64,000 nt of DNA from an uncultured virus (IMG/VR IMGVR_UViG_3300031994_000070) (IMGVR_UViG_3300031994_000070), one strand, 5' to 3'; positions 54,352-63,472 are shown, counted from the stretch's first letter. Notes: generated from the letters alone by a model not told the origin. Made by a program: numbers and translations.

Positions 54352-55209
54352 TTATTTCAATTCTAAATTGTATGTATTGGCTTCTGTATCTTCTGTAATA
54401 ATTGCCACATTAATTTGTTTACTTAATGCGGTGGTGGCATCTAATCCAATAAAATGGTCATCTTGAAATGCATTGTAATTATTTTCGTCATTCCAATAGC
54501 TTGAAGTTCCCCAATGGCCACTAATAAGATATTTACCTTTTTCTTTTTCGTGGTCAAACCATCCAGCATTATACATCACATAAGGATTGCCCCATGTGCA
54601 AGCCTCCCAATGTTTAGGGGTTGCTTCAGTGCGCCAATCATCTTTATATTCAAACCAGTTGTATGCTGGATTTAACCCATATGAGTTGGCTGCTTTATAG
54701 AAACAATCAAACATGCGATGCATACCATCTACATCTAGTGGAATAAATGAATGGGTGATAATATATGGGCCAATCTCATAATAATTAACCCATTTATCAC
54801 TTTCTAACCACTCGATAACACCCATATCTCTTAAAGTTAAGCAAGCGGCGTAAGTATCAACACCAATGTCATAAATTTGCCGATTATTTATATAAGGTTT
54901 ATTATGTGCTATACTACAAATGGTTTTTGCAGTTCCATTAGACCAGTCATATGAGAAACAATCGCCTCTAACCAGACAATCTCTTAAAAGATATTCGTGA
55001 TTCCCTCTGATTAAAATAATATTTTCCGGCCGGTGCGTGCGCACTAGGTCGTATAGTTCTAATGTGCCGTCGCCCCTATCAAATATATCGCCATTAAATA
55101 TTAAATAATGGTTAGGATTATCTTTTTCATATCCCGCTTTATCTAATGCATCAACCATAATTTTATAGAACGAATGCACATCACTAACTATAAAATATTT
55201 TTTAATCAT
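54352..55209 (-). CDS. Calcineurin-like metallophosphoesterase
   Basis: SDVH, GDIFDRG, RGNHE, TH and SGHW motifs. Confidence 0.88.
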   Translation of the reverse strand: MIKKYFIVSDVHSFYKIMVDALDKAGYEKDNPNHYLIFNGDIFDRGDGTLELYDLVRTHRPENIILIRGNHEYLLRDCLVRGDCFSYDWSNGTAKTICSIAHNKPYINNRQIYDIGVDTYAACLTLRDMGVIEWLESDKWVNYYEIGPYIITHSFIPLDVDGMHRMFDCFYKAANSYGLNPAYNWFEYKDDWRTEATPKHWEACTWGNPYVMYNAGWFDHEKEKGKYLISGHWGTSSYWNDENNYNAFQDDHFIGLDATTALSKQINVAIITEDTEANTYNLELK

Positions 55210-55658
55210 TATTCTACCTCTTTTAGAGCCTCTTCTCGTTGCTTTCTATTTTTTCTAATGCTTTGATAAAAGTTTTCGCCTTCTTCAATGTTACGATGAA
55301 TCTTATCTCTTAAATCATCGATACATTCTTTAATAACATCAATATCCTCAGTAGTAATTTCAATCCTTTTCGTCAGCATTTTTGCTTCAAAAGAGTCTGG
55401 ATTAAAACGAGGACTAGGAACTAGTGACCCTTCTAAACTTCTAAGTGCTTTTAATTCAGTCCACTTTTCTCTTTTTAACCCCTGTAATACTTTTAAGCAA
55501 GCTCTTAAATATGCTAACTCACTTCCAATTAACTGACTTTTAAAATCAGCGTCGTCCGGATGGCACTGCGCAGTTCCTACATATTCTGTATCTTTATATA
55601 AAATACTACACACTGCGACTCCATTAATTTCATCCCACTTATAATTTATTTTACTCAT
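55209..55658 (-). CDS. Hypothetical protein
   Basis: 149 aa with GTAQCHPDD.F...G..LA motif and a coiled-coil C-terminus. Confidence 0.7.
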   Translation of the reverse strand: MSKINYKWDEINGVAVCSILYKDTEYVGTAQCHPDDADFKSQLIGSELAYLRACLKVLQGLKREKWTELKALRSLEGSLVPSPRFNPDSFEAKMLTKRIEITTEDIDVIKECIDDLRDKIHRNIEEGENFYQSIRKNRKQREEALKEVE

Positions 55659-55669
55659 TTAAAACTCCT

Positions 55670-56251
55670 TTAAAGCTGCTCTTGGCACTCTATAACTTTC
55701 TGCTCCATTTCTTCAATAATAACATCTAATAATACTGGATAGCAATTTTGAGAATCAACCCCCACATGATACATAAAAGGTATGTCATTGAAGAAATTTT
55801 CGTTTTGATGTGTATGCCCATAAAGATTGCATGTACACTGTTTCAAACTCTCCTTTTGGAGATTAGCGGTTAATGATGGATAATGACTTAAATAAAAATG
55901 ATATTTTTTATAATGTAATACATCTGCCCATTTAACATCAATTACGTTTGTGCAGGTATTATACATCACAATTCGATTATCTGTGTCATGGTTACCAGCG
56001 ATAATATGAATTTTACCATTTAATCTTTCAATGAGTTTGCGATTTGTATTCAACATCTCTGGAGTACCACCGCCAAGACATACATCTCCTAAAAGATATA
56101 CTATATCATCATCATGCACGACAGCATTCCAACGCTCAATGATACCCTCATTCATTTCTTGGACTGATTCAAATCCACGGGGCTTGTATATAAATTCTCT
56201 ATCGTGATTAAAATGTAAATCGCTTGTTACAAAAATCATACTATTCCTCAT
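55670..56251 (-). CDS. Calcineurin-like phosphoesterase
   Basis: TSDLHFNH, LGDV, GNHD, SHYP, GHTH and VGVD motifs. Confidence 0.88.
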   Translation of the reverse strand: MRNSMIFVTSDLHFNHDREFIYKPRGFESVQEMNEGIIERWNAVVHDDDIVYLLGDVCLGGGTPEMLNTNRKLIERLNGKIHIIAGNHDTDNRIVMYNTCTNVIDVKWADVLHYKKYHFYLSHYPSLTANLQKESLKQCTCNLYGHTHQNENFFNDIPFMYHVGVDSQNCYPVLLDVIIEEMEQKVIECQEQL

Positions 56252-56714
56252 TAATTACAAATACTTCATCGAATCCTTCTTCTATTGAAGGCGGTATCAT
56301 TCTATTAAACATACCAGTAATCGCATATGGCGGCACGTGTTCTCTACCTGTTCTACCTTCATTACGTTTTAATGAAGTTTCTAATGGCGTTTTAACCCAA
56401 ATGGCATATACATGCTCATAGGTGCCACCTTTTCGAGCAATGGCTTTTAATAATTTATTTCTTGTGCTAGGTGTTAAATTAGTCTGGTCTGCAATAACGT
56501 GATAACCATTTAATAAATTATCACATATATCTCCTACAAATTTGCGATAAGTTTCATCTTCTTTATCAAAATAACTCTCATCATCTTTTAATAAAGAAAA
56601 TCTAATCGCATCTCTTGATACCCATTTAGTTTTGGGATGCTTATCGACATAGTATTTAGCAATTGTTGATTTGCCGGACGCTGGCTGTCCGCAAATTAAA
56701 TATAAATTACTCAT
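56241..56714 (-). CDS. AAA_33 / polynucleotide-kinase-like P-loop kinase
   Basis: GQPASGKST, SRDAIR, DQTNL..R and RN..R..VP motifs. Confidence 0.8.
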   Translation of the reverse strand: MSNLYLICGQPASGKSTIAKYYVDKHPKTKWVSRDAIRFSLLKDDESYFDKEDETYRKFVGDICDNLLNGYHVIADQTNLTPSTRNKLLKAIARKGGTYEHVYAIWVKTPLETSLKRNEGRTGREHVPPYAITGMFNRMIPPSIEEGFDEVFVINEE

Positions 56715-56895
56715 TAGTTTTCTCCATCATTAATTTACATTTACCAGTTGGTTGTTCATCGTCATAAGCCATGCAAGATGCTCCTATGCAATCCATAAAT
56801 ACTTCATAATAATCTGCTATAGCACTGCCATTGCCGGCGTACTTATAATCATAAACCTTTTTTTCTTTCCTAAACGGGCATTTGTTATGTTTCAT
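56707..56895 (-). CDS. Small Cys-rich hypothetical protein
   Basis: CPF..CIGASCMAY..C; AGGAAG RBS. Confidence 0.65.
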   Translation of the reverse strand: MKHNKCPFRKEKKVYDYKYAGNGSAIADYYEVFMDCIGASCMAYDDEQPTGKCKLMMEKTNE

Positions 56896-56930
56896 ACTTT
56901 TACTTCCTATATTTTTTCTATTATATATTT

Positions 56931-56959
56931 ATTATATACTTTTTTATTTAAAAAATCAA
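56931..56959 (-). promoter_or_regulatory. SigA-type promoter
   Basis: TTGATT-17-TATAAT. Confidence 0.55.
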
Positions 56960-56964
56960 GCCAT

Positions 56965-56996
56965 AAAAAAAATCCCCCTCGATAAAGAGGGGGATT
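56965..56996 (-). terminator. Rho-independent terminator
   Basis: AATCCCCCTC/GAGGGGGATT stem with a T-tract on the - strand. Confidence 0.8.
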
Positions 56997-57292
56997 GACC
57001 AATAAGGTCTATATATAAACTTATAAAGTAAGAAAGAATAGAATCTTTAAAAGCAATATTTTCTTTTATAGTGTTGAAAATATTGAAAACATTCACATCA
57101 GGAATATAGGAATTAATTGGGGAAAGAAAGTACCTATAATTCACTTTCTAATATAATATATATAAAAATTTTTATAAAAGCAAATAATTTATGATATTTA
57201 GAATCATTTAATTATTGTTTGTCGACTTTTTTACACTAAAGCCTAAAAATGGCTGTTTCATTCTACAAATACATAAATTATTTGCTAATAAA

Positions 57293-58411
57293 CTATATCT
57301 TGCGCAGATTCTTCTTATGAACTGCGGCGGTAACTGTTTTACCAACACCAATTACCACTCTATTTTTATTTACTTCAAATACGGTATATTGAGCATACCA
57401 AGCAATAAACTTTTTGCCTTCATAAGTAACTGCGTTTAATACCTTAACTTTATCGCCCGGTTTAAGGGTTTGCGCATCATCTGTTACCGATGGCTTTGGT
57501 TTCGCATATCTAATATCTTCTTCGTCCATCCAGCCAAGGCTACCAGTAGTATTGTAAGGGTGCTTTGCGCCAGGTATTGCACGGGTGATTTTAGTAGTTA
57601 ATTCTTTAACTACTTTTCCAGCAGACTTGCTGGCATTTGAACTTACATATAATTCGCCTTTAATAATAACCTTATCTCCAACTTTAAACTTTAATTTGGG
57701 AGTTTCTTCTTTAGGTTCTGGCTTCGTTTCTTCTTTATCAAATCCATTATATTTGTTGTCTTTTATAAACTTGGGCATATCAACGTAGCAATAATCTTGG
57801 TCTACCGTTTTACCCGCAATTTTGTTTGACCTAATTACGTTCGTTTCACCGCCAAATTGCCATAAGTAGTTAACTGGTGAAGATGGTTTATTCTCCATCC
57901 AGGCAGCTACCCACTTGCCATATTTAGTAAGTTCAGATAAAGTCATTTTATTTCTAAACCAATTTAAATTTGCATAAATCACTGGATAATAATTTTTAGA
58001 AATTAAGTAATCACAGAATCCTTTTGCAGCGTCAGTTACCTTCTTCTTACTAGCCTTAGCTTGGTATACCGGGTCTTCTATATCAATAGCTATTGGATAT
58101 TCAAACTGCTTGCCTTTTAAACAATTCTCATACATATATTTTGCTTCTGCTTGTCCAGCCTCATAGCTTGTTGCTCTACTGAACCAATAAGCGCCAACAG
58201 GCAGTTTTCTTTTAGTAGCTTCTTTATAGAATATTTCAAATTGATTATCTACTTTTTTACTAACACCATCTTTGTCGCCGGTAAATCCTGCTCTTAATAT
58301 TGCAAACTTAACTCCTTCTTTTATCGCTGTATCCCAATTTAAACCAGCCTGCCAAGTACTAACATCGATGCCAAAAACTGGTTTATCTATTTTATATTTT
58401 GAAATATTCAT
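57293..58411 (-). CDS. GH25 muramidase (endolysin) with SH3-like cell-wall-binding domains
   Basis: GIDVSTWQ, FAILRAG, GAYWF, DIED, WQF and VDQD motifs; C-terminal FKVGDKV / LKPGDKV repeats. Confidence 0.9.
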   Translation of the reverse strand: MNISKYKIDKPVFGIDVSTWQAGLNWDTAIKEGVKFAILRAGFTGDKDGVSKKVDNQFEIFYKEATKRKLPVGAYWFSRATSYEAGQAEAKYMYENCLKGKQFEYPIAIDIEDPVYQAKASKKKVTDAAKGFCDYLISKNYYPVIYANLNWFRNKMTLSELTKYGKWVAAWMENKPSSPVNYLWQFGGETNVIRSNKIAGKTVDQDYCYVDMPKFIKDNKYNGFDKEETKPEPKEETPKLKFKVGDKVIIKGELYVSSNASKSAGKVVKELTTKITRAIPGAKHPYNTTGSLGWMDEEDIRYAKPKPSVTDDAQTLKPGDKVKVLNAVTYEGKKFIAWYAQYTVFEVNKNRVVIGVGKTVTAAVHKKNLRKI

Positions 58412-58423
58412 TTAATTCCTCCT

Positions 58424-58681
58424 TTAAATCAGAGACCTTCCATATTTTTGAATGCTTGGATATATAGCATTTATCATACCGTTATAATCGGATATTGATT
58501 CTAATGTTTCTTGAAGGTCTAACTCTTCTACTGGGTCATATAATGACTCATCGGCCTCTTGTTTTAATTGATTAATGTCATAACATATATCGGCCCTTTG
58601 ATTTAATAAATCGACTATTTGCTTATCGATTTCTAATAATTCCTTATTTAGTTCTTCTTTTTTTGTATTTATATCTATCAT
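58424..58681 (-). CDS. Chorismate mutase type II (AroQ)-like protein, degenerate
   Basis: EID.QIV.LL.QR......I..LK......YDP.EE pattern; two conserved Arg positions are changed. Confidence 0.65.
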   Translation of the reverse strand: MIDINTKKEELNKELLEIDKQIVDLLNQRADICYDINQLKQEADESLYDPVEELDLQETLESISDYNGMINAIYPSIQKYGRSLI

Positions 58682-58824
58682 TGCTGTTAACCTCTTAAAT
58701 TAAATTAGAAGATTTTATTCTTCTGAATTTATTAAAAAATCAACGGGGCAAATTATAAGTGTTTGCTCAATGGAATTTTGATATTATAATGAAACACAAA
58801 AATAAAAGAAAAGGAGGGGAATAT

Positions 58825-60600
58825 ATGAGTTTACAAGTTTGGCTTCCTCTTACAAAAGATTTAAGAAATCAAGGTTTAGCTACAATTGAACAATTGTCAG
58901 GGACGGCGGTTTTTAAAGATAGTGGTAAAATAGGAAATAAAAGTTTAAATTTACATAATTATTTAACTTTTAATTGTCCTACCTTATCAGGAAAAAAGAA
59001 TTTTTCATTTTGTTTTTGATATAAACCAGAGACTTCTACCTCTACAGTTAATTGAAATGATGTAGTCGCATTTTTTGATAGTGGTGGAGGTCTGTTTAGG
59101 TTAGAAACAAGTTATGGATATAGTAATTATATTTTAAGTATGCATAATAATACCAGTTATGCTATTTTTCCTAATAGCGGTGGTTCTTATGGGTCTAATT
59201 TAGTTATTTCTAGTGCACGAGATATTTGGTATCATGTTGCAGTTATTGTATCTGAAACTGAAGGAATCAATTGCTATATTAATAATGAACTTAAATTTAC
59301 TATCGCTCATGCTGGAGGTTCAATTACAGGTAAATTTAATTTAGGAGAATATGCCAGCGGCGGCAATGAAGAGGGGAGTTTAAATGATTTCCGCATCTAC
59401 GACCATTGTCTTTCTCCGATAGAAGTCAAAGAGCTTTCAAAGGGATTGGTGCTTCATTATCCATTAAGTGATGGCAATATTGAATCAACCTATAATTATT
59501 TAGAAAATAAAAGTTTTTCAAATTATGGTAGCTATGGTTTTGGAAGTAAGGGTACTATTTCAATTACAACAGAAGTAGAACCACCAATAGCTGGAAATGA
59601 AGTGGCTTTAGTAACGAGTTCTGCAACAACAGCAGGTAATGGTGCGGTAGAAATTGCAACTAGCATATATCCCGGCACAATTATGAACAAAGATGATACT
59701 TTCACAGTTACAGCATATGTTAAAGGAAAAGGTGCAACAATTGGTAAAAGGGCACATATTCATTTATACAATACCAATGGCACAAACACTCAATCTACTG
59801 GTAAAGATTATACTTTTACAAATGAATGGCAAAGAATTGAATACACATTAAAATGGAACTATGATACTCCATCTAATAGTAGTTTAAATTGTTATGTAGT
59901 TGGATATATAGCTCCACAAGAGCAGTTTTATGTTAGTAGTATACAAGTTGAGAAAAAAGACCACTCGACTCCATTCACTACAAATACAAGAACATCAACA
60001 ATTATATATGATGCAAGTGGATATTGCAATAATGGTACAATAAATGGTAATTTAACTATTTCAACCGATACTCCTAAATATTCAATGTCCACTTATATGT
60101 CAAAAACTACGTTAATAACCCATCCACGTCCAGTGTTCGGAGGAACAGACCAAGAATGGACTTGCGCAATGTGGGTTAAATTAGATAATACATCACAAGG
60201 CAGTCAAGCTATGAACAATTTTAATATATCTAATAATATTGTTCATGCTTCTAATAGTACACCTTTATTATATTTAAATGATGGCACAAATGATTATTAT
60301 ATATATGGAAGTCAAGCGGTTAGCGCTGGAGTTTGGACACATGTTACTTTTGTATTTAAAAATAGTGATGGAACAAGAAATGTCTATATTAATGGTGTAT
60401 TAAAAAATAATTATGGGCCAAATAAAACATCTACCCCAAGAGGTATTCCAGATATAGTAACTGTAGGCACAAATTTAGCTGGTTACATATCTGACTATCG
60501 GGTATATGCAACACCTTTATCAGCCGACGACATTAAATCACTCTATCAAAACGAAGCTCAATTAGATGCATCAGGTAACGTCTTTGGCCCAATTAGATAA
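58825..60600 (+). CDS. Second LamG-CBM-like-LamG protein, 591 aa (2 TGA=Trp)
   Basis: ATG 58825 follows AAGGAGGGG; joins track ORFs through TGA 59017 and 59053; paralogue of the 23618 gene. Confidence 0.85.
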
Positions 60601-60603
60601 AAC

Positions 60604-60640
60604 TAAAACCCCTCGGTATAACCGAGGGGTTTATTTTTTT
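60604..60640. terminator. Bidirectional terminator
   Basis: AAACCCCTCGGT-ATA-ACCGAGGGGTTT between convergent genes. Confidence 0.85.
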
Positions 60641-61868
60641 AGCTATGATGTTTCATTAAATACTCTGGAGAAACGCATTTAAAAGACCTTACTCCGTCAA
60701 AAGACCTGAACACAATTCCTTCTTTCATTTTTCCATTGATGCGAGAAGTTTCGCTATTAACATAATCACGTAACTCCTCAATAGTATCGGGTAATGTATA
60801 ATTTGTATCTAGTAATGGTACTCCTGGTAATCCATAGATAGATAAGAAGGTATGCATTGCATTTGGATTTAAACGATGATGAGTACCATCTTTATATCCA
60901 AAAATTACATTGAAAATTGCTAATTGATGGTTATTTAAACCATAATCATTATCTTGAATACCTTTACCATAAGTTTCACCTTGAATAGTGATATACTCAT
61001 ATTTAGGTTCGGTGTCTAAAATATTAGTAAGCACTTGCTCAATATGATATTTGTCGCTCATTTCTGTATATACGTTAGTATCATAGAAACCTTTTTTAGA
61101 TGGTTTATCAAATGCGATATTACGAGAGCAGACTAAATATTCATATTTAGGGGCAAATGGATTATGATTTCTTTTTAAAGTAAAAGTGGTAGAAGTGCCA
61201 TCAATTTTTTCAGTTGCCATCCAAGGTGTTTTATCTTCTAATACCCAAAGCATATTTTCCACACGCTCTTCATCGGTTTTTTTAACCCAAGCTGGCCAAC
61301 CTCTTTTATCTTTTTTACGCCCAAAGAACACGAAGAGTAATTTTTTACCCCATTTACGTTTCATTAACCAATAGAATGGTTGATGTTTAAATAATTCTTT
61401 GTGGCGTTGTGCCATAGAATAATATTTATCAACACCTCTGCCTTTACGTTTGTTATCTTCAGCCACCGCATATGTAACTCCTAACTGTTTAGTTAAGAAA
61501 CGAGATTCATCGTCTAAACGGTGCGCCACGCCATCAGTATCATAAATCGCTTCTGCGTCAGCAGTCCAACCAAAATTTTCAGCAGACATTAATAAACCTT
61601 GAGATAAACTTTTGCACATTTTTTGTGTTTTGATTTTATAATGTTTGCTAACTAAAAATTCCATATTGGTAAAAGGTTCTACCTCTGGTAATTTAGAGTC
61701 AATTTCAAAATAAATTGCTAAATCATTAGGTTTAAACTCACCTTTACCAACTACAACTGTCCAGCCACCGATATGCGCCAGCTCAACCCTATCATAGTTA
61801 GGAATTGGAGTTACATTATCAATTTTAATAATATATGCTAATTGTCTTACTTGTTTAGAATCTAACAT
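60639..61868 (-). CDS. RNA ligase, DRB0094/Rnl2-like with N-terminal OB-fold
   Basis: PIPNYDRVELA..GW.VVV..YFEIDS.LP; TEKIDGTS, QGETYG, EGIVFR and SFK motifs. Confidence 0.88.
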   Translation of the reverse strand: MLDSKQVRQLAYIIKIDNVTPIPNYDRVELAHIGGWTVVVGKGEFKPNDLAIYFEIDSKLPEVEPFTNMEFLVSKHYKIKTQKMCKSLSQGLLMSAENFGWTADAEAIYDTDGVAHRLDDESRFLTKQLGVTYAVAEDNKRKGRGVDKYYSMAQRHKELFKHQPFYWLMKRKWGKKLLFVFFGRKKDKRGWPAWVKKTDEERVENMLWVLEDKTPWMATEKIDGTSTTFTLKRNHNPFAPKYEYLVCSRNIAFDKPSKKGFYDTNVYTEMSDKYHIEQVLTNILDTEPKYEYITIQGETYGKGIQDNDYGLNNHQLAIFNVIFGYKDGTHHRLNPNAMHTFLSIYGLPGVPLLDTNYTLPDTIEELRDYVNSETSRINGKMKEGIVFRSFDGVRSFKCVSPEYLMKHHS

Positions 61869-61895
61869 AATATTTCTCCTTTATAATATATAAAT

Positions 61896-61924
61896 ATTAT
61901 AGCATATAATAAAAAAGAAGTCAA
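61896..61924 (-). promoter_or_regulatory. SigA-type promoter for the RNA ligase
   Basis: TTGACT-17-TATAAT with an extended -10 TG. Confidence 0.75.
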
Positions 61925-61937
61925 GTAATTTGACTTC

Positions 61938-62762
61938 TTATAAAATACATTCTTCTCTTAACATTTGTTTTCGTGATGGCTGTCTTAATTTAGTTAATGC
62001 CACAATTTCTAATTGTCTAACTCTTTCTTTCGTTAATCCGACTAATTGCCCAACTTCTTCTAAACTTTTTTGTACTCCGTCATCTAGCCCAAATCGTTTA
62101 ATTAAAATATTCTTTTCTCTCTTGGGTAAAGTGTTTAAAATTCTCATTAACCCCTCATGAACCGCTAAACTTTTTTCGCCTTCTTCTCCAGTCCATGCAT
62201 TTGCATCTGGGATAATATCTTCCAATGAAGTATCACCATCTTCATCTATAGTTTGATTTAATGAAGTAGGGGAGATATTTGCCGCCATAATTCGAGATAT
62301 ATATTCGGCATCTAATCCGGTAGCTTTGGCCAAATCCTCTAAGGTCGGGTCTACTTCTGAAGATTGAGATAATTGCGCACTTGCCGTTTTAATTGTTTGT
62401 AAATCTGCCACTACATTCGCTGGAAGTCTAATTAAACGGGATTGGTCAGTTAATATCTGTGTAAAATACTTTTTTATATAATGTCCCGCATAAGTCGCAA
62501 ACCTCGCTCCCTGTGTATAATCATACTTACCAGCTGCTTCTATTAATCCTAAATTTCCTTGCTGAATTAAATCAATTAATTCAATTCCTTTATCATGATA
62601 CGGTTTACTTAAAAATACTACTAATCTTAAATTCGATATAATTAATTCTTCTTTTGCTTTTTCGTCCCCTTGTAAAATACGTTTGCTTAACTCCATCTCT
62701 TGATTTGCATCAAGTAATGGGAACTGTTTAATTTCATCTAAATATTCAGCAATACTATTCAT
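61938..62762 (-). CDS. Phage-encoded RpoD/SigA-like sigma factor
   Basis: YLDEI..PLL, SNLRLVV, DLIQQGNLGL, RFATYA, IRLP and SLEEVG..GLTKERVRQLE..AL.KLR. Confidence 0.93.
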   Translation of the reverse strand: MNSIAEYLDEIKQFPLLDANQEMELSKRILQGDEKAKEELIISNLRLVVFLSKPYHDKGIELIDLIQQGNLGLIEAAGKYDYTQGARFATYAGHYIKKYFTQILTDQSRLIRLPANVVADLQTIKTASAQLSQSSEVDPTLEDLAKATGLDAEYISRIMAANISPTSLNQTIDEDGDTSLEDIIPDANAWTGEEGEKSLAVHEGLMRILNTLPKREKNILIKRFGLDDGVQKSLEEVGQLVGLTKERVRQLEIVALTKLRQPSRKQMLREECIL

Positions 62763-62781
62763 TCTTTCTTTATTCCTTCCT

Positions 62782-63096
62782 TTATGACTTTAAATCGCCA
62801 TCCGTTTCCATAGAGGCTAATGTTATTTCCTCAATAAGTTTACAACATTTTTCTACTGATTCAGCCATTAATACCACATGTCCAATAGCCTGAAACGAAA
62901 TTATATTTGTTCTCTCTGTTGGTATAAGATTAAAACCAACATGGCCATCAATTCATCCTAACGTAAAATCAAAAATACTTGTATAATCATTATACGTCAA
63001 AACTACCCGACCGTGGTCATTCCTTATATTTACTAAATAAGGTGAACACTCTTCGGGCACTGATTTTGCAATCACATACATATCTAATTCACGCAT
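62782..63096 (-). CDS. Hypothetical protein, 104 aa (1 TGA=Trp); absent from the supplied track
   Basis: AAAGGA RBS, ATG 63096, TGA at codon 48 and TAA 62782-62784; fills the gap between promoter and sigma gene. Confidence 0.7.
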
Positions 63097-63129
63097 TTAT
63101 TTTTTCCTTTTCATTATTATTCTATTATA

Positions 63130-63158
63130 ATTATAACACTTTATGAATAAATTGTCAA
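63130..63158 (-). promoter_or_regulatory. Consensus SigA promoter
   Basis: TTGACA-17-TATAAT with an extended -10 TG. Confidence 0.85.
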
Positions 63159-63166
63159 CTATTTTT

Positions 63167-63472
63167 TTAAATTTCTCCTAATAGTTGTAATTCACTAATT
63201 TTTTCTGAAAAATCTCTCTCTATCAGTTTTCTTGATTCAGAATAATCGCACTTATATCGTAACTCTTTAGTGCTATATTCAAGTTCTACTAAATATGTTT
63301 CTTGAGCGGGGATATATGCTACAGATAAAACCCCATCTGTCCATCCATCTGGCATTGGAGAATCTAATTTAATTGTATAATAAACTCCATCAGCTCTTTC
63401 TTTTAGAATAATTTCTGTAATACTATCATAATATTTAGTAGGTATAATTTTAATTGCTGTTTTTAATTTCAT
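63167..63472 (-). CDS. Hypothetical protein
   Basis: 101 aa, AAGGAG RBS. Confidence 0.7.
   Translation of the reverse strand: MKLKTAIKIIPTKYYDSITEIILKERADGVYYTIKLDSPMPDGWTDGVLSVAYIPAQETYLVELEYSTKELRYKCDYSESRKLIERDFSEKISELQLLGEI

Noticed and set aside
56956..57144. 62-aa ORF ending in TGA
   Set aside because: It has no RBS, crosses a terminator, and would be the only TGA-terminated gene.
17267..58411. Wall-less Mollicute host with native code 4
   Set aside because: Two peptidoglycan hydrolases with wall-binding domains imply a walled host. A walled host that itself uses code 4 cannot be excluded from this window.
58759..58824. Start at 58759 for the second LamG gene
   Set aside because: The RBS and the paralogue N-terminus (MSLQVWLPL) support ATG 58825.
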